From Alphaproteobacteria bacterium (lineage in GTDB: Bacteria; Pseudomonadota; Alphaproteobacteria; UBA828), in NCBI GenBank assembly GCA_965214705.1, contig OZ243972.1:3072001-3136000 (forward strand): 64,000 bases of DNA, written 5' to 3'. Numbering within the stretch: position 1 is the first letter of the stretch; every line of letters starts with the position of its first letter. The position numbers were made by a program, and so were the translations under genes. Positions 61,050 to 64,000 of the stretch are shown one piece after another. Below the pieces are notes generated by a model, which ran no database searches, had not been told where the DNA came from, and saw nothing but the letters and a program-made list of their open reading frames with translations.

Positions 61050-61130
61050 TGAGTCGTCCACCTGTCAACGAGGAGTTACCCCTTCCTCCAAGCCCCGATG
61101 CGCGGACCAACTGCGCCATTGGCGGCACTA

Positions 61131-62349
61131 GTGTCATGTCACATACGATATGTCGCCCATTTCATGATAGCTTTCTCGTCGTCGCACGACGGCGAGGAGG
61201 CTGGCATGAAGCGTTACGTGGTGACTTTGGAGAAGGAGGAGCGGGACGAGCTCGCAGAGATCACGCGCAAGGGCTCTCATCAGTCACAGAAGGTGATCAA
61301 CGCGCTGATCCTGCTCAACTGCGACGAAGGCGAGTTCAACGAGCACCGGGCGCACGGGGAGGCCATTGCGGAGATCCTGCGCATCAGTGCGCGCAAGGTG
61401 GAGCGGGTCAAGAAGCGTTTCGTCGAGGCGGGCATGGCGGCGGCGCTCGGTGGCCGGCAGGGTCGCCGTCCCAGCTACGTGCGCAAGGCCGACGGCGAGT
61501 TCGAGGCGCACTTGGTGGCGCTGAGCTGCGCCGAGCCGCCGGAGGGCCACTCGCAGTGGTCGCTGCGGTTGCTGGCGGACCGCATCGTGGAACTCGGCCA
61601 CATCGACAGCGTGTCGCACGAGACGGTGCGCCGGGTGCTAAAAAAAACGCAATCAAGCCGTGGCGGCGCGTCGGCTGGGTGATTCCCCCACAGGGCAACG
61701 CGGACTTCGCCGCGGCGATGGAGAAGGTTCTCGACGTCTACCGGCGTCCCTACGATGCAGCCTTTCCGGTGGTGTGCATGGACGAGACGCCCCGGCAACT
61801 GATCGGCGAGACACGCGAACCGGTTCCGGCAGCGCCGGGTCGGCCGGCGCGCGAAGACTACGAGTACCGACGTTGCGGAAGCTGCAACGTGTTCATGGCG
61901 ACCGAACCCCTGGCCGGGCGGCGTATGACCAAGGTGACGGCGCGCAGAACCAAAACCGACTGGGCGCACTTCCTCAACGACATCGCCGAGCGCCACCCCC
62001 GCGCCAAGAGGATCACGCTTGTGATGGACAACCTGAACACCCACCGCCCCGGCGCCCTCTACGAGGCATTTCCGCCGGACCAGGCCAAGGCGCTGTGGGA
62101 CCGCTTCGAGTTCGTCTACACGCCCAAGCACGGCAGTTGGCTCAACGTCGCCGAGGTCGAGCTCAACGTCATGATCCGTCAGTGTCTCAACCGCCGCATC
62201 GCCTCCCTCGAAGTCCTGCGCGACGAGGTCGCGGCTTGGCAGGCGTCCCGAGACCGCATCCGGGGCAACGTCAACTGGCAGTTCACCACGGACGACGCAC
62301 GGGTGAAGCTGAAACGCCTCTATCCGACAGTTGATGAATGACAGGACAC
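61131..62349 (+). mobile_element. IS630-family insertion sequence
   Basis: IRs GTGTCATGTCA / GTGTCCTGTCA; duplicated TA in a CTAG target. Confidence 0.92.
61206..62341 (+). CDS. IS630 transposase, -1 frameshift at A8 (61640-61647)
   Basis: ORF A HTH with WSLRLLA...ETVRRVLKK; ORF B with CMDE, MDNLNTH, TPKHGSWLNVAE. Confidence 0.92.
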
Positions 62350-62422
62350 TAGTCCCGGCTCGTAATGCGTTATCGTTCAACATGACTCGCTGACCTGGGC
62401 GGCGCGTGTGGAGGGCACGGTT

Positions 62423-63169
62423 GTGAGCAGCAGGGCGACGGACGTGTTCGATGCGCTCATCATCGGCGGAGGGACGTCGGGGGGTGTCGTCGCGAAGCAT
62501 CTCTCCGAGGCCGGTATGAAGGTGGTGGTGCTCGAGCAGGGTGAGTGGCCGGACCGCGACGATCTGCCCGGCGAGAAGGTCGAGTACGAGTTTCTCGCCG
62601 CGATGAAGTGGTGGCCCAATCCGAATGTTCGCGACAACCCGGCGGACTACCCGATCAACATCGACGACTCCGACACCGAAATCTGGATGTACAACGGCGT
62701 AGGGGGATCCAGCGTGCTCTGGGCGGGGTGTTGGACACGGGCCCTGCCGTCCGACTTTCGGGTCCGCACGCTCGACGGCGTCTGCGACGATTGGCCGATC
62801 ACGTATGAGGACCTGTTGCCCTTCTACCAGGAGATGGACCACGAGATCGGCGCCGCGGTGAAGCCGGGCAACACGGCGTACCCGCGCGACTCGCGGCCGG
62901 CCCCGATGGACGCCCATCCCATCAATCTGGGCGGGCGCAAGGCGGCCGAAGGCCTGAACAAGCTCGGCTGGCACTGGTGGCCGGGACATAACGGCATCCC
63001 GACGAAGGACTACAACAACCTGAAACAGTGCGAGCGCCTGGGAGTTTGCAGGATGGGATGCCCAAACAACTCCAAGTTTTCGTCAGATCTGACCCATTTT
63101 CCGATCGCGATAAAGCACGGAGCGCGCGTTGTCACCGGCGCACGAGTGTCGGAAATCACCCTGGACGAG
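62423..63169 (+). pseudogene. GMC oxidoreductase N-terminal part, interrupted by IS
   Basis: IIGGGTSG, GVGGSSVLW, DWPITYEDL; frame runs into the IS end at 63170. Confidence 0.9.
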
Positions 63170-64000
63170 GGGTGTGATTCTCGTATGGCGATATGCCAGT
63201 CGTGATGGCGCTAAAGGATATGGGCTGGTTCATTTTGGTCAAGCAGCGAGTGCCAGGACTTCGGTTGGGCTGATGTTGTCGTTAGCTGGTCCGGATCGGG
63301 CGTCCATGAGCGCATCCCATGCCCGGTCGAAGAGGCCGGATTTGATCAGGGCGCGGAAGGTCAGAACCGCCTGCCCGCCGTCGATCCGCCAGCGCATGCC
63401 CGAGCGTTTCAAGCGCTGCGCGACGAGGGTCTTGCAGGCCGCCTCGACCACACCCGAGCCGATGGCGATGCCCTCTTCCTTCAGGGCGTGGTAGCGCATC
63501 CGATGGCGGTGCTTTCGGAAGAAGGCCAGTTCGCGCTCGATCTCGGCCGGGTCCCCCTTTGCCCTGTCCAGGAGGTAGCGCAGTGCCCGGATCACCTTGT
63601 CGACGCCGCGGGGGTCGTGGCGCAGGATTTCGCGGTGCTTCTCGAACCAGTGGCGCGCCACCGCATGGTCAGAGGCCACGCGGAGATGCTCGCAAGCGTG
63701 CCAGAAGTCGATGACCTCGGTCTCGGGCGAGAGGCTTTCGAGGAAGGTCCAGTTGTCGGCGGCCCCGTCGGCGACGGCGCCGATCCTGATCTTCGGGCTC
63801 ACACGGCGGATATGGGCGACCTCGCTTGCAAGTTGCGCTTTCAGCGCGGCCTTGCCGCTCTCGGGCATACGGCCGAGATAGAGGGTCTTCAGCCGTTGGC
63901 CCTCGGCGTCGTGGAAGGAGACCGTGCCGCAAGAGGCCTCGCGCCAGCACGCCTCGGCACGGCCGTCCTCGCCGGCCCGCAGCGCCACCATGACGCCGTC
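63170..64000 (-). mobile_element. ISKra4-type IS, copy 3 (inverted; truncated by the window edge; transposase 3' part ends at 63239)
   Basis: reverse complement of the copy 1 right end (GGGTGTGATTCTCG...) and transposase. Confidence 0.95.

Noticed and set aside
1-64000. CRISPR arrays, tRNA or rRNA genes
   Set aside because: No regularly spaced repeats or recognisable RNA gene motifs seen by eye

Overview
GC-rich, alphaproteobacterial-looking accessory region, heavily reshaped by mobile elements; no rRNA, tRNA or CRISPR array was seen. (1) 1-5.6 kb: phage/ICE-like segment with an IS-disrupted Arg-rich 7x(CxxC..CxxC) repeat protein, a RelE/HigB-HigA toxin-antitoxin pair and an integrase remnant. 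(2) 5.9-27.4 kb: catabolic island with a SfnB/DszC-like monooxygenase, a CamK-like beta-diketone hydrolase, a D-amino acid dehydrogenase, three HyuA and three HyuB hydantoinase/oxoprolinase subunits (one HyuA split by IS66) and a Liv-type ABC system lacking ATPases. (3) 27.4-29.8 kb: integrase plus a mosaic of gene and IS fragments. (4) 29.8-36.3 kb: PotD-like binding protein and two BiuH-like hydrolases, separated by an unusual ISAs1 element (DUF4338/DruA-like domain fused to the transposase, with a -1 slippery site) and an ISKra4-type IS. (5) 37-63 kb: two GntR-associated sugar/amide uptake and oxidation clusters. An ISKra4-type IS is present in three near-identical copies, and there is an IS630. 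Family assignments come from motif recognition from memory, not database searches.
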